This document shows positions 55,972-64,000 of a stretch of 64,000 bases of DNA, piece after piece. The notes beneath the pieces were generated by a model, which was not told where the DNA came from, ran no database searches, and worked only from the letters and a program-made list of their open reading frames with translations. Each line of letters opens with the position of its first letter. Positions within the stretch are counted from its first letter, which is position 1. The DNA comes from a virus, in IMG/VR virus record IMGVR_UViG_3300027861_000010; one strand, written 5' to 3'. A program made the position numbers and the translations under genes.

Positions 55972-56229
55972 ATGACAGCTATGCCAACTCTAGGAGGTCT
56001 TGACGAGAAGTACGCGGGAGCGTACCTCATTCGACCGACCGCCAAACCGAAGAAAAAGAAGAAGAAGAAGTCCAAGCGTCCTACATTAAAGGGCCTTGAT
56101 AAGGCGGCTGCTGATGCGGCGGTGCAAGCGATTTCTGCTCAACAGATTGCAATGCGGCAGCGTTTACAGTCTGGCGACTTGGGTGGCGGTTGGAATCCAT
56201 TCGATCAACTGACTGACAACAATTCATAG
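55972..56229 (+). CDS. Small basic protein with poly-Lys tract
   Basis: KPKKKKKKKSKR flanked by EKYA and DKAA. Confidence 0.55.
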   Translation: MTAMPTLGGLDEKYAGAYLIRPTAKPKKKKKKKSKRPTLKGLDKAAADAAVQAISAQQIAMRQRLQSGDLGGGWNPFDQLTDNNS

Positions 56230-56258
56230 GCCGGGAGCTGCTGCTCATGGAAGGAACC

Positions 56259-58772
56259 ATGCATACTTCAATTATTACAAAATCTGCCAACCTTGGCGGC
56301 AGTGGTGGCGAGACGGAATTTGAACAAGCATTTTCCAGCCTCGCATACGCTTACCTGCGGGACAAAGCTCCTCGATTGCTCGACCACATGGTCGGCTTTC
56401 AGCTTGTCGACCGCAACGAAGACAACACCAAAGCCATGGGGATCTTCGGATTCCAGATCGATAAGCAGTGGCTTTATGCTCCCGTCTTCTTCCTGAACGG
56501 TGACCTCAAGGGTCATGAGTTGTTGTACATGAAGAACAACGACTCCTTCGTTCCGATGAAGGAGAACTGGATCAACTACATCATGAGCCGCAAGCCTCAT
56601 GTATTGGGCGAGTCCTCTTCAGATCAACTGCGGGATCTTGGAGGCATCTACCCTGATATCCGGTCGCTTTCGATACCGCCTTCGGTTGGCGGCGGTAAGC
56701 GAGCATCGGATCAGGAGTGGCTGAAAGACGCTATGCCGATGCTGGCTGCGTTCAAAGTCAAAGCTGCCAGCTCGCTTTTCCCTGGAGCTGGAAACCGCAA
56801 ACTTAACCAGGCAGCTGTCGTCGAAGCTCCGCTTACTGCGGCATTGACCAAGCACGCTCAAAATCTGGATTTTAACCAGATCATGCCGACCAGCTTGGAA
56901 TTGATGAAGCAGGCACACGACATCGCTGAGATGTATCCGACCATTAAGCAGGCGATGCAGAAGTTCTACGGCGTCGATTGTTTCAGCCGATGGGGCCGAG
57001 AGTATCGCGATAACACGGCCAAAGAGGCTGGCAACATCATGCCAGAGAAGCGGGCTGCCGCTCGGCCATACATGCCTGGCAATTTGCTGATTCCTACGGA
57101 GCGACCGGCTGGTCCCGTCGACCACGAAAAATCCGGCAAGCTCCGGATGTATGTTTACGAAGAAGTCATTGTCAGCAAGGCTCCGGAGTTGGACGAGGAC
57201 GAGCGTGAGCGTCTACAGAAAGACACCGTCCTGATTAAGGATCACCGCGAAGGGGAAGAAGTCAGCAAGGCCTACAATACTCAGGTCGAAGCCAAACTGA
57301 CGAATCCCTCAGAGACCGCCCTCTACCGTGTGTTGGTTAAGCCGGGCGAGTTCAAAAAGATGCTGATCGCCATGAACGGCTCCAGCAATCGAGGTCGTGA
57401 AGCCATGGCGACAGTTGTCCGCCTGGAAGATAACGGCGACGGATCGAACAAGGCCTGGTTGAATACGCACCCGACCAATGTTTTCGCTGATCAGATCAGT
57501 GAACGTGATGAGTGGGAAGAGTGGTTCAACGGATTGGGCGATTCAAGTTCGCTGACTGAAGGTGCTGAGTACATCGCAGTCGCAGAGAACGGTTCAACCT
57601 CGGTGCCATTTACCGTGCAGTCCAGTTACGGCGATGATCGTTATCGTGTTGATTTCCGTACCGACATTAACTGGAACGAGACTCGACCAGCCACGATGCC
57701 TCGTGTTGCTGCTAACCGTTTCGATCAGTACGGTGACGACCAGGACCGGGCTCCGTCGCCGTACGGGGCAATGCTTTACATCAACAAGGAAGGCAAGAAG
57801 GGCACCAAGATTCGAGCGATCGGTGGCGAACTTCGCATTCCAGAGGACTTCAAGTTCCTTAAACTCAAAAGCCCACAGAAGTCGAAACCTGGCGAGCTCA
57901 TGTGTTGTAGCGATTACGAGACTCGTAGCGACATGCCGCCTATCAATCTCGGAAAGATCGACGACATCCAGTTGCTCTTCCACGAGAAGACAGCTCGATT
58001 GAAGGTTTTCAACAACGGCACTGACGTGTATATCTCGTCGCCGTTGGGTGAGCAGTGTCTATCTAAGAAGTCTGCTCTACTGAACCTGGTCGGTACGCAT
58101 GGCTTTCGTGAAAAGGTTGCCCGGGAGATTCTGACTTACGCCGAACAGAAAGGTAACGCGGTTTACCGTGCGTCTTATGCTCCCGGCTATGGGCCTGAAA
58201 AACAAGCTGCTCCGAACAGAAGTATGCTGGCTGGCGGGCCAAGTGCTCCGATGTACGATGACTTTGCCAACGAGCAGAGTGTGGAAGAATACGGTCCTCG
58301 AACGGCTGTACCAACTCAGTACGGTAGCGAGCAGGCTTACCGTGTCGACAGCATGACAGCAGATCAGACCGATCCGGCAGTATGGGACAATTGGCAGAAC
58401 TATTCTGCTGAGGATTTCCAAAGCAGCATGCAGGTTGCTCAGCAGGCCGGTGCCGAAGGTCAGAAAGAGGTTTTCGACACTTCGATGATCTCTGGAATGC
58501 TCAAGTCCGTTCGACAGGATTCGCTTGTTGAGCGACATCTTGGTAGTCTGGTCGAAGCGTTGGACGCTCTTGGGCGTTTGATCATGAACTTCTACTGGCA
58601 CCAGGAGGAGTTTGAAGATCGTTACGGTAAGAGCGATTTACCTGAACTGGAAGACAGCTTGCGGAATGCATTCGAGTCCCTGGGTGACATCACTCTGTTC
58701 CTCAAAGAGAAAACTATCGAATCGCCGTTCGACGAAGGCGATGTCGATCTCGAAGAAACTGCAAGGAATTAA
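56259..58772 (+). CDS. Large KxA-rich putative structural protein of unknown function
   Basis: AAGGA RBS; about 12 KxA; folded-looking N-terminus (VGFQLVD..GIFGF..PVFFLNG) and helical C-terminus. Confidence 0.75.
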   Translation: MHTSIITKSANLGGSGGETEFEQAFSSLAYAYLRDKAPRLLDHMVGFQLVDRNEDNTKAMGIFGFQIDKQWLYAPVFFLNGDLKGHELLYMKNNDSFVPMKENWINYIMSRKPHVLGESSSDQLRDLGGIYPDIRSLSIPPSVGGGKRASDQEWLKDAMPMLAAFKVKAASSLFPGAGNRKLNQAAVVEAPLTAALTKHAQNLDFNQIMPTSLELMKQAHDIAEMYPTIKQAMQKFYGVDCFSRWGREYRDNTAKEAGNIMPEKRAAARPYMPGNLLIPTERPAGPVDHEKSGKLRMYVYEEVIVSKAPELDEDERERLQKDTVLIKDHREGEEVSKAYNTQVEAKLTNPSETALYRVLVKPGEFKKMLIAMNGSSNRGREAMATVVRLEDNGDGSNKAWLNTHPTNVFADQISERDEWEEWFNGLGDSSSLTEGAEYIAVAENGSTSVPFTVQSSYGDDRYRVDFRTDINWNETRPATMPRVAANRFDQYGDDQDRAPSPYGAMLYINKEGKKGTKIRAIGGELRIPEDFKFLKLKSPQKSKPGELMCCSDYETRSDMPPINLGKIDDIQLLFHEKTARLKVFNNGTDVYISSPLGEQCLSKKSALLNLVGTHGFREKVAREILTYAEQKGNAVYRASYAPGYGPEKQAAPNRSMLAGGPSAPMYDDFANEQSVEEYGPRTAVPTQYGSEQAYRVDSMTADQTDPAVWDNWQNYSAEDFQSSMQVAQQAGAEGQKEVFDTSMISGMLKSVRQDSLVERHLGSLVEALDALGRLIMNFYWHQEEFEDRYGKSDLPELEDSLRNAFESLGDITLFLKEKTIESPFDEGDVDLEETARN

Positions 58773-58775
58773 ACT

Positions 58776-59417
58776 ATGGCTGGTGGATACTCTCGAACAG
58801 TTGCCTTCACGGGCGTGGCAGCAACTCCTATTTGCGTGGAGTTGCCGCTGCCTCCTCGCGGTATTCTGGAGCGGCTGATTGTTACTCAGGTGTCAGGCAC
58901 ACCAGGCGGCGGTACGCTTTCGGTCTATAATCGGAAAGGGGCTTGTGTTGGCGAAGTTGACTTGAATGTCGACGAGTCCGGCTCAGTAACCGCCTCGGCT
59001 GGAAGCCCTGGAAATGTTCTTATCTTCTTCGCTGCGGACCACAATCTAAAGGTTGGTGATTCGTTCGAGGTCAAAGGGCACACTGAGGCAAGTGTCAATG
59101 TAACGCACGAGGTTGTCACAGTTATCAATTCTACTACTGTTATAACTGACATTGCGTTCGTAGGAGTAGGCACTGGCGGCGTTTGGCAGACTTCACCATT
59201 CTTTCCAACCCAACACCCAGACTCCCACCTTGTTTACGAGGGCACCGTAGCCGCTGGATCGCTGAAGGCTTTCGATATTGGCCGAGGCTATGAGAATCGA
59301 GACAACCAGAGTGAAACGATGCGAGCTCGGCACCAAGCCCTGTGGATGGAGTTTACCCCGGCGAACCCCGGCGACTACGAAGTCGCAGTTACTGCTGAAG
59401 CCGACACTGTGATCTAG
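58776..59417 (+). CDS. Beta-rich putative structural protein
   Basis: HNLKVGDSFEVKG small beta-barrel pattern seen in phage structural proteins; location in the virion module. Confidence 0.55.
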   Translation: MAGGYSRTVAFTGVAATPICVELPLPPRGILERLIVTQVSGTPGGGTLSVYNRKGACVGEVDLNVDESGSVTASAGSPGNVLIFFAADHNLKVGDSFEVKGHTEASVNVTHEVVTVINSTTVITDIAFVGVGTGGVWQTSPFFPTQHPDSHLVYEGTVAAGSLKAFDIGRGYENRDNQSETMRARHQALWMEFTPANPGDYEVAVTAEADTVI

Positions 59418-59426
59418 GAGAGACCC

Positions 59427-60452
59427 TTGAAGGTTTACAGGGACGTAAAATTAGCTGATCCTTTCTTAAGGCCAAACTGGCGACACGAGCGTGTTGTCAA
59501 GATGCTTGATAGTGTGCCGCCGGAACGTGTCAAGCGAACTGACGACGAGTGGATTGCTGGTTACAAGAAGTTCTTGCAGCAGTGGAGCAAAAGCGAAGCT
59601 AACCGGGACAAGCTCCTGTACGACAACCCTGGGTTGTACTTCGCTTACGTCATGTTCGATCGAATGTTCACGGAGCCTGAGCTTCGACTTATGATCGAAG
59701 CTCGGCTACTATCTGGCCTGACATACGCGGATATCGCAGAAGAATGTAAGACGATTCCGGAAACCATACAGTGGTATGAGCGGCTGTTCTTCAATGTGAT
59801 TGAGTTTTTACCCAACCACGATTGGATAATGAAGCACGTTCTCTTGCCATCCTCCGACCGTTTCGTGCAAGATGATACCGCGGATGATGACGAAGAAGTC
59901 GCCTTTGCCCCTAAACCTTCCAATGAAGTCGTCCGACCTCATCTTGATATGACGTTGAAGTTCTTCGCTTATTATGGTGGTCCAATGGTTTGCGACCAGA
60001 TGATCAGCGGATTCCGGCGAGATAAGCGAGTCACCTCGCATGAAGATCTTCCAGAGTATTTCCACGAACAATTCATGTCTCAAGTAACGCGTCGAAGTGC
60101 TCAGTCGTCAGGGCAATTCGAGATCAACAAGTACAACGTGATGGAGTTGTTCGCGACTCACACTAGAATTATCGAGATTCAACGATCGGCTGAGAGTGCG
60201 GAAGATCGTCACAACGAGTTTGAGAAACACGTCAATGCGATGTTGACTGAACTGCCATGGACTGTCGGCCTCGAAAGCAAGAAACTGTATGAAGGTTCTG
60301 AAATCGGGAAGTTCGACGCAGGTGCGTCTGAGCTGAACGAGGAAGAACTGATGCTATTCGGGTCGGGCAGAGAGCCGGAGTCGTTGGATGATGTTGCCGG
60401 TCTGACCATATCCAGCCGGAAGGAGCCGGAGAATAATGCAAAGTCTAAGTAA
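59427..60452 (+). CDS. Hypothetical helical protein
   Basis: TTG start after AGGAG; long ORF. Confidence 0.7.
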   Translation: MKVYRDVKLADPFLRPNWRHERVVKMLDSVPPERVKRTDDEWIAGYKKFLQQWSKSEANRDKLLYDNPGLYFAYVMFDRMFTEPELRLMIEARLLSGLTYADIAEECKTIPETIQWYERLFFNVIEFLPNHDWIMKHVLLPSSDRFVQDDTADDDEEVAFAPKPSNEVVRPHLDMTLKFFAYYGGPMVCDQMISGFRRDKRVTSHEDLPEYFHEQFMSQVTRRSAQSSGQFEINKYNVMELFATHTRIIEIQRSAESAEDRHNEFEKHVNAMLTELPWTVGLESKKLYEGSEIGKFDAGASELNEEELMLFGSGREPESLDDVAGLTISSRKEPENNAKSK

Positions 60453-61827
60453 ATCTGATGAGCAGTTGCTGCTCGATGGCGTCAAGCAGGCGGTGGCCTT
60501 GGTGGATAACCAAGATCTATCGCCAAATGCTGCGATGCATAAGGTGGCTGAGGAGTTACAGTACTCCCCAGGCTTCCTCAAGGCAGCATGCAACGCGTTC
60601 AACAACGGGCGACAACTTGCCCAGTGGAACGCCAATGACTCCGTGTTGGATAAGTTGGCCAGCTTCCCGCTCGCCAATTACGACGAGATCCACGATACGA
60701 TGTGGGGTACGACACAGGAGAAGGTCGCATCTGTTTCATCGTTCGGCCCTAAGTTCGACACGTACGAAGAGCAATCTCGGCGGGAACTGTTGAACATGGA
60801 CCTGTCGAGCTTTGAGAAAGCCGCATCAGATGCTCCTGAAGTGCATCCGTTGGTGGCGGACGAACACGCTGATATGCGGTCCAAGCGAGCCTACTCTGAT
60901 TTTGAGTTCGCTCGGAGGGAGCTGGAAGAAGCTCGCCGCGAGAAGTCGTCCAATGACGACCGACTCAACCTGAAGATGCACTTGCTGGAGAATTACTTCC
61001 GCAAGTTTGCTTATGATCGTTTGCCGTTTGCCCAAGTAGAGCACGGCGTAGCGACTTATTTCGGGGAGCCCGGTAAAGCTCTGATGGGCTACATCGCCGA
61101 GCGATTTCCTCGAGAGAAGCGAGCTTCGGACCACCAATCAACTTGGGATGGTTTTCAGCAGCCGGTGAATCGACGACAAGAACCCTACGCTCTGATCGCT
61201 GATTGCATCAAGCAAGCCAAGGATCTGTATGCGGCCACAGTTCAACTCGCTGCCGCTGAGGAAAAGTTCGCCAAAGCAAAGGAAGGTGTTGCCCCTTTTT
61301 CACAACCCCGATCCCCAGAGTCGAATGGGAGCCAGCCTACCCTGACTCCATCGTTGATTGCTGATGGATCGGGGGAAAAGCAGGCCAACATTTTTGGAGG
61401 CATCGCTGGAGGCATGGGGCTTGGAGCTGCTAGGTCCATGACCGAAGGACTGGGCAGCGACCCGGAAGCTCGGATCGAGAAGCAGATTTCTGAACTGGAA
61501 AGCCCCGACCATCTGAACGAGATGCGAAAGATTCGAGCTCAGACCGTATTGACTCAGCTGATGAGCGATCCTGACAGCCCGCTCAGCGGCTACGATCCGG
61601 AAGAAGTGCTGACCGCATACAATGAAATGGTGCAACTGTCGCCCCGATTAGCAGATCAACCTGCGGCCATTGCTCCGCTCCTCAACAAGCGGTTGATGGG
61701 TAACACTGAGCCTTTCGAGGTTGGCGAGCAAGTCAAACTCGAGAAGGGACTCAAGGACGTACAGGCCCCACAGTCAGCACCCAAACCAGTGGACTTGATG
61801 AAAAATGAAGCCAGTATCATTAGCTGA
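60436..61827 (+). CDS. Putative scaffold-like pro-protein, KxA-rich N-terminal two-thirds
   Basis: 12 of the first 20 Lys are in KxA; helical/coiled-coil character; lies upstream of the protease. Confidence 0.65.
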   Translation: MQSLSKSDEQLLLDGVKQAVALVDNQDLSPNAAMHKVAEELQYSPGFLKAACNAFNNGRQLAQWNANDSVLDKLASFPLANYDEIHDTMWGTTQEKVASVSSFGPKFDTYEEQSRRELLNMDLSSFEKAASDAPEVHPLVADEHADMRSKRAYSDFEFARRELEEARREKSSNDDRLNLKMHLLENYFRKFAYDRLPFAQVEHGVATYFGEPGKALMGYIAERFPREKRASDHQSTWDGFQQPVNRRQEPYALIADCIKQAKDLYAATVQLAAAEEKFAKAKEGVAPFSQPRSPESNGSQPTLTPSLIADGSGEKQANIFGGIAGGMGLGAARSMTEGLGSDPEARIEKQISELESPDHLNEMRKIRAQTVLTQLMSDPDSPLSGYDPEEVLTAYNEMVQLSPRLADQPAAIAPLLNKRLMGNTEPFEVGEQVKLEKGLKDVQAPQSAPKPVDLMKNEASIIS

Positions 61828-63052
61828 TATCACGTACGAGCAAGGACTCCAGTTGATTGTTCTGCGAAAGCAGGCTCTGGATTCTGGCAAAGTACGTCGC
61901 ATGCCCAAAGAGGCTCTGGACAGCAATTACCCGCTGCACGCTATCGGTACGCAAGTGCTGGAGAAGGTTGCAGAGGGTGGTTTTATGGACGGCATCGGTA
62001 AGTCGTTATCGAGCGGACTCAGCGGAGCCAAGGACTGGTTCGGTAAGTTGGATCCGACTGTGAAGTCCACGCTGATCGGCGGCGGACTTGGAGCAGGCAC
62101 CGGCTTGGCAGCATCCGCCATGAATCGGGATCGGCATTGGCTCCGTAACGCCTTGATGGGCGGTGTAGCCGGTAGTGCAATCGGTGGCGGTATTGGTGTT
62201 GCCCGTAACCCGGGTGCTGCTGACAAGATTCGAGACAAGCTCACTGGCTTCGCTGAGAGCTTCAATAACAAGGACGCCCCGAAACCAACAGCCGAAGCAG
62301 CACCTGGCGGCGGATCACCAACACCTGCCCCACTTGAAGACAAATCCGTTGCAGGTCGAGCTCGGCAACTGGTCGATGCAGATCCTGAAACTTCTGCCAG
62401 CCAGATTGATTCCCTGCGAACTGACGCTGAGAGTTGGGCTCCGGAAATTGTTCACGGAACTGGAGCGGCTGGAACGGTCGGAGCCACAGGTTACGCCCTG
62501 CGTAAGTTGCAGCAGATGAAAGGGTATGACCCTGACGCGATGCTGACTCACCTGGGTCAAATGGCTGACGATACTCCAAACCTTCCTCGTAAGTTGGATT
62601 CGATTGGTATTCGTACCATGGATCAAACTGACGAGGCGTTGAGAGGGCTGGGTCCAATCGCTACTCAGCCGGGTCGAGATGCAGCATTGTGGCGGCAATT
62701 TCGAGCCAACCCGCAAGACCCAGCTCTGCGGAAGCAGATTGAAAAACTGTTGGCTGCTCGGGGAATCAAACGTAATTTGATGGGTGGTGTCGCGGCAAAG
62801 GGTTCACCTGCACTGAAGAATTTCCTTGCAGGCAGCGGTGATGATGCCCTTGAAACCGTCCTGAGCAAAGGCTTCAGCGGCAGACGACCTGTTCGAGGCG
62901 GAGCTGCTGGTCTACTTGTCGGAGCTAGCGGGTTAGGGCTCAAGGGGCTATGGGACAGCTACAAATCACAGCAAGCTCACCGCACGGACGCTAAGAATGT
63001 TCTTGACGCCGTGCGAGCTGAACTAGCAAAACGAAATGCCGCAGGCGGGTAA
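61805..63052 (+). CDS. Gly-rich putative virion protein
   Basis: RKQA and EKVA leader, then amphipathic GFMDGIGKSL and glycine-zipper TM segments. Confidence 0.7.
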   Translation: MKPVSLADITYEQGLQLIVLRKQALDSGKVRRMPKEALDSNYPLHAIGTQVLEKVAEGGFMDGIGKSLSSGLSGAKDWFGKLDPTVKSTLIGGGLGAGTGLAASAMNRDRHWLRNALMGGVAGSAIGGGIGVARNPGAADKIRDKLTGFAESFNNKDAPKPTAEAAPGGGSPTPAPLEDKSVAGRARQLVDADPETSASQIDSLRTDAESWAPEIVHGTGAAGTVGATGYALRKLQQMKGYDPDAMLTHLGQMADDTPNLPRKLDSIGIRTMDQTDEALRGLGPIATQPGRDAALWRQFRANPQDPALRKQIEKLLAARGIKRNLMGGVAAKGSPALKNFLAGSGDDALETVLSKGFSGRRPVRGGAAGLLVGASGLGLKGLWDSYKSQQAHRTDAKNVLDAVRAELAKRNAAGG

Positions 63053-63056
63053 CGAT

Positions 63057-64000
63057 ATGGGAATGGTCAAATTTGTCTCGCCTCTGGGTTGGGACTTTCA
63101 ACAACGGATTGTCACTCCAGTCAAGGTTAGCAGCCGGGGCTTAACGGGATCGGATCGTACCGAATTCCTGAAGTCAGCCAGTCATGCTTTTCTTCCTCAG
63201 CTGGACAACGTCAAATTCGCTAAAGACGAGATCCCGGTTCATTTGATCGCCCTGGGCTCGAGCGAAGCTTACGGTCCCAACCGAAATGGTGACGGATTTA
63301 AGGAAGCAGCTTGCCGACAGTTCCACGATACGTTCGTGAAGTTTGCCAAGTTCTACCGCAACCACAAAAACAAAGCGGAAAGGGGAGACCCTTTCTACGG
63401 CATCGTCAAAGCTTCAGCGTACAACGAAGACATGCGGCGGGTGGAATTACTTTGTGCCTTGAACGCCGAGAAGTCAGCAGCGTCCCGTAATGGCGGGTTC
63501 GTTGCTGATGCTGAGATTGAGAAGATTGCTCGCGGCGAGGACATTCCTGTCAGCATGGCTTGCCGTGTTCCGAACGATGTTTGCTCGTTCTGCAAACATG
63601 CAGCCCGTAATCGGGACGAGTATTGTACCGGCGAGAAGTGTGCAGCTGGCGGTTGTCGGTCCAACCTGACACGGTTGGTAAAAGTTGCAGGCGACCTACA
63701 TCATCTACATGTCGACAATCCTAATCCAACCTGGTTCGACATCAGCCGAGTGTTCCGTCCTGCAGATCGAATTGCTTACGGAGCCAAAGCTGACTACCTG
63801 ACTAAGTCTGCATCTGATGCGGCTTGGTTCGACTTGCAGGACTACATCAAGATGGCGGAGCACTCGACTGCTCCGTTGGATGTTATCCTTTATCAGACAG
63901 GAAATCACGGTCTTTGGTCAGAGAAGTATGCATCCCAGGTCCGACTTGGTTATGCTTTAGCGGCTCTGGAAGGCGAGCGGGGCTCTACAAATGAGTATCG
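63057..64000 (+). CDS. Prohead/maturation serine protease-like protein (HK97/assemblin fold), truncated by window end
   Basis: Open frame from ATG 63057 to the end (translated manually; absent from ORF track): GPNRNGDGF, FYRNH (His), VSMAC (Ser) with CSFC Cys insert, WFDISRVFRPAD. Confidence 0.75.
   Translation, partial: MGMVKFVSPLGWDFQQRIVTPVKVSSRGLTGSDRTEFLKSASHAFLPQLDNVKFAKDEIPVHLIALGSSEAYGPNRNGDGFKEAACRQFHDTFVKFAKFYRNHKNKAERGDPFYGIVKASAYNEDMRRVELLCALNAEKSAASRNGGFVADAEIEKIARGEDIPVSMACRVPNDVCSFCKHAARNRDEYCTGEKCAAGGCRSNLTRLVKVAGDLHHLHVDNPNPTWFDISRVFRPADRIAYGAKADYLTKSASDAAWFDLQDYIKMAEHSTAPLDVILYQTGNHGLWSEKYASQVRLGYALAALEGERGSTNEY

Noticed and set aside
1-63908. Many minus-strand and nested ORFs in the track (e.g. 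1..471, 10153..10947, 27978..28823, 43863..44453)
   Set aside because: They are antisense shadows of well-supported + strand genes with no motifs; only csrA is credible on the minus strand
1-64000. Cellular chromosome (rpoBC plus LPS locus) interpretation
   Set aside because: No ribosomal-protein genes flank rpoB/C, the RNAP is highly divergent and Zn-less, there is no polysaccharide export machinery, a prohead protease is present and gene packing is single-stranded and phage-like
1-64000. CRISPR array, transposase or integrase
   Set aside because: No regularly spaced repeats or mobile-element motifs found; repeats seen are short coding repeats (e.g. 16816-16845 and the MDP repeats at 50430-50560)

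Overview
This looks like 64 kb of a large (jumbo) bacteriophage genome, probably infecting a Planctomycetota-like host (inferred). Genes are tightly packed and almost all on the + strand, with bacterial Shine-Dalgarno sites and sigma70-like promoters. No rRNA, ribosomal-protein or core housekeeping operons are present. There are three interleaved modules. (1) A ~31 kb glycan-building/decorating region (7.5-38.7 kb): about 7 glycosyltransferase-like genes, 6 sulfotransferase-like genes, 8 class I methyltransferases, a scattered rmlA/B/C/D-like dTDP-rhamnose set, a PIG-L deacetylase, a radical SAM enzyme and a PRTase-HAD fusion. (2) Regulation and nucleotide metabolism: CsrA, a GGA-rich small-RNA candidate with its own promoter and terminator, a LuxR-type HTH, a SET-domain protein, class II RNR (nrdJ), a thyX remnant and a tRNA-like element. 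(3) A putative virion/morphogenesis module. It includes an unusually split multisubunit RNA polymerase (beta fused to the N-half of beta'; the C-half of beta' separate and fused to a 630-aa non-RNAP tail), many Gly-rich proteins and a prohead-protease-like gene that runs off the right edge and is missing from the ORF track. The strongest unexplained signal is a Lys-x-Ala (KxA) motif. It is highly enriched in the protease and the putative virion proteins but not in metabolic enzymes, and it sits at domain boundaries. I interpret it as the cleavage signature of a capsid-maturation/cargo system that releases an RNAP subunit, a Nudix hydrolase, a SET domain and amphipathic membrane-active peptides from pro-proteins. 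All family calls come from motif recognition by eye; no database searches were run.
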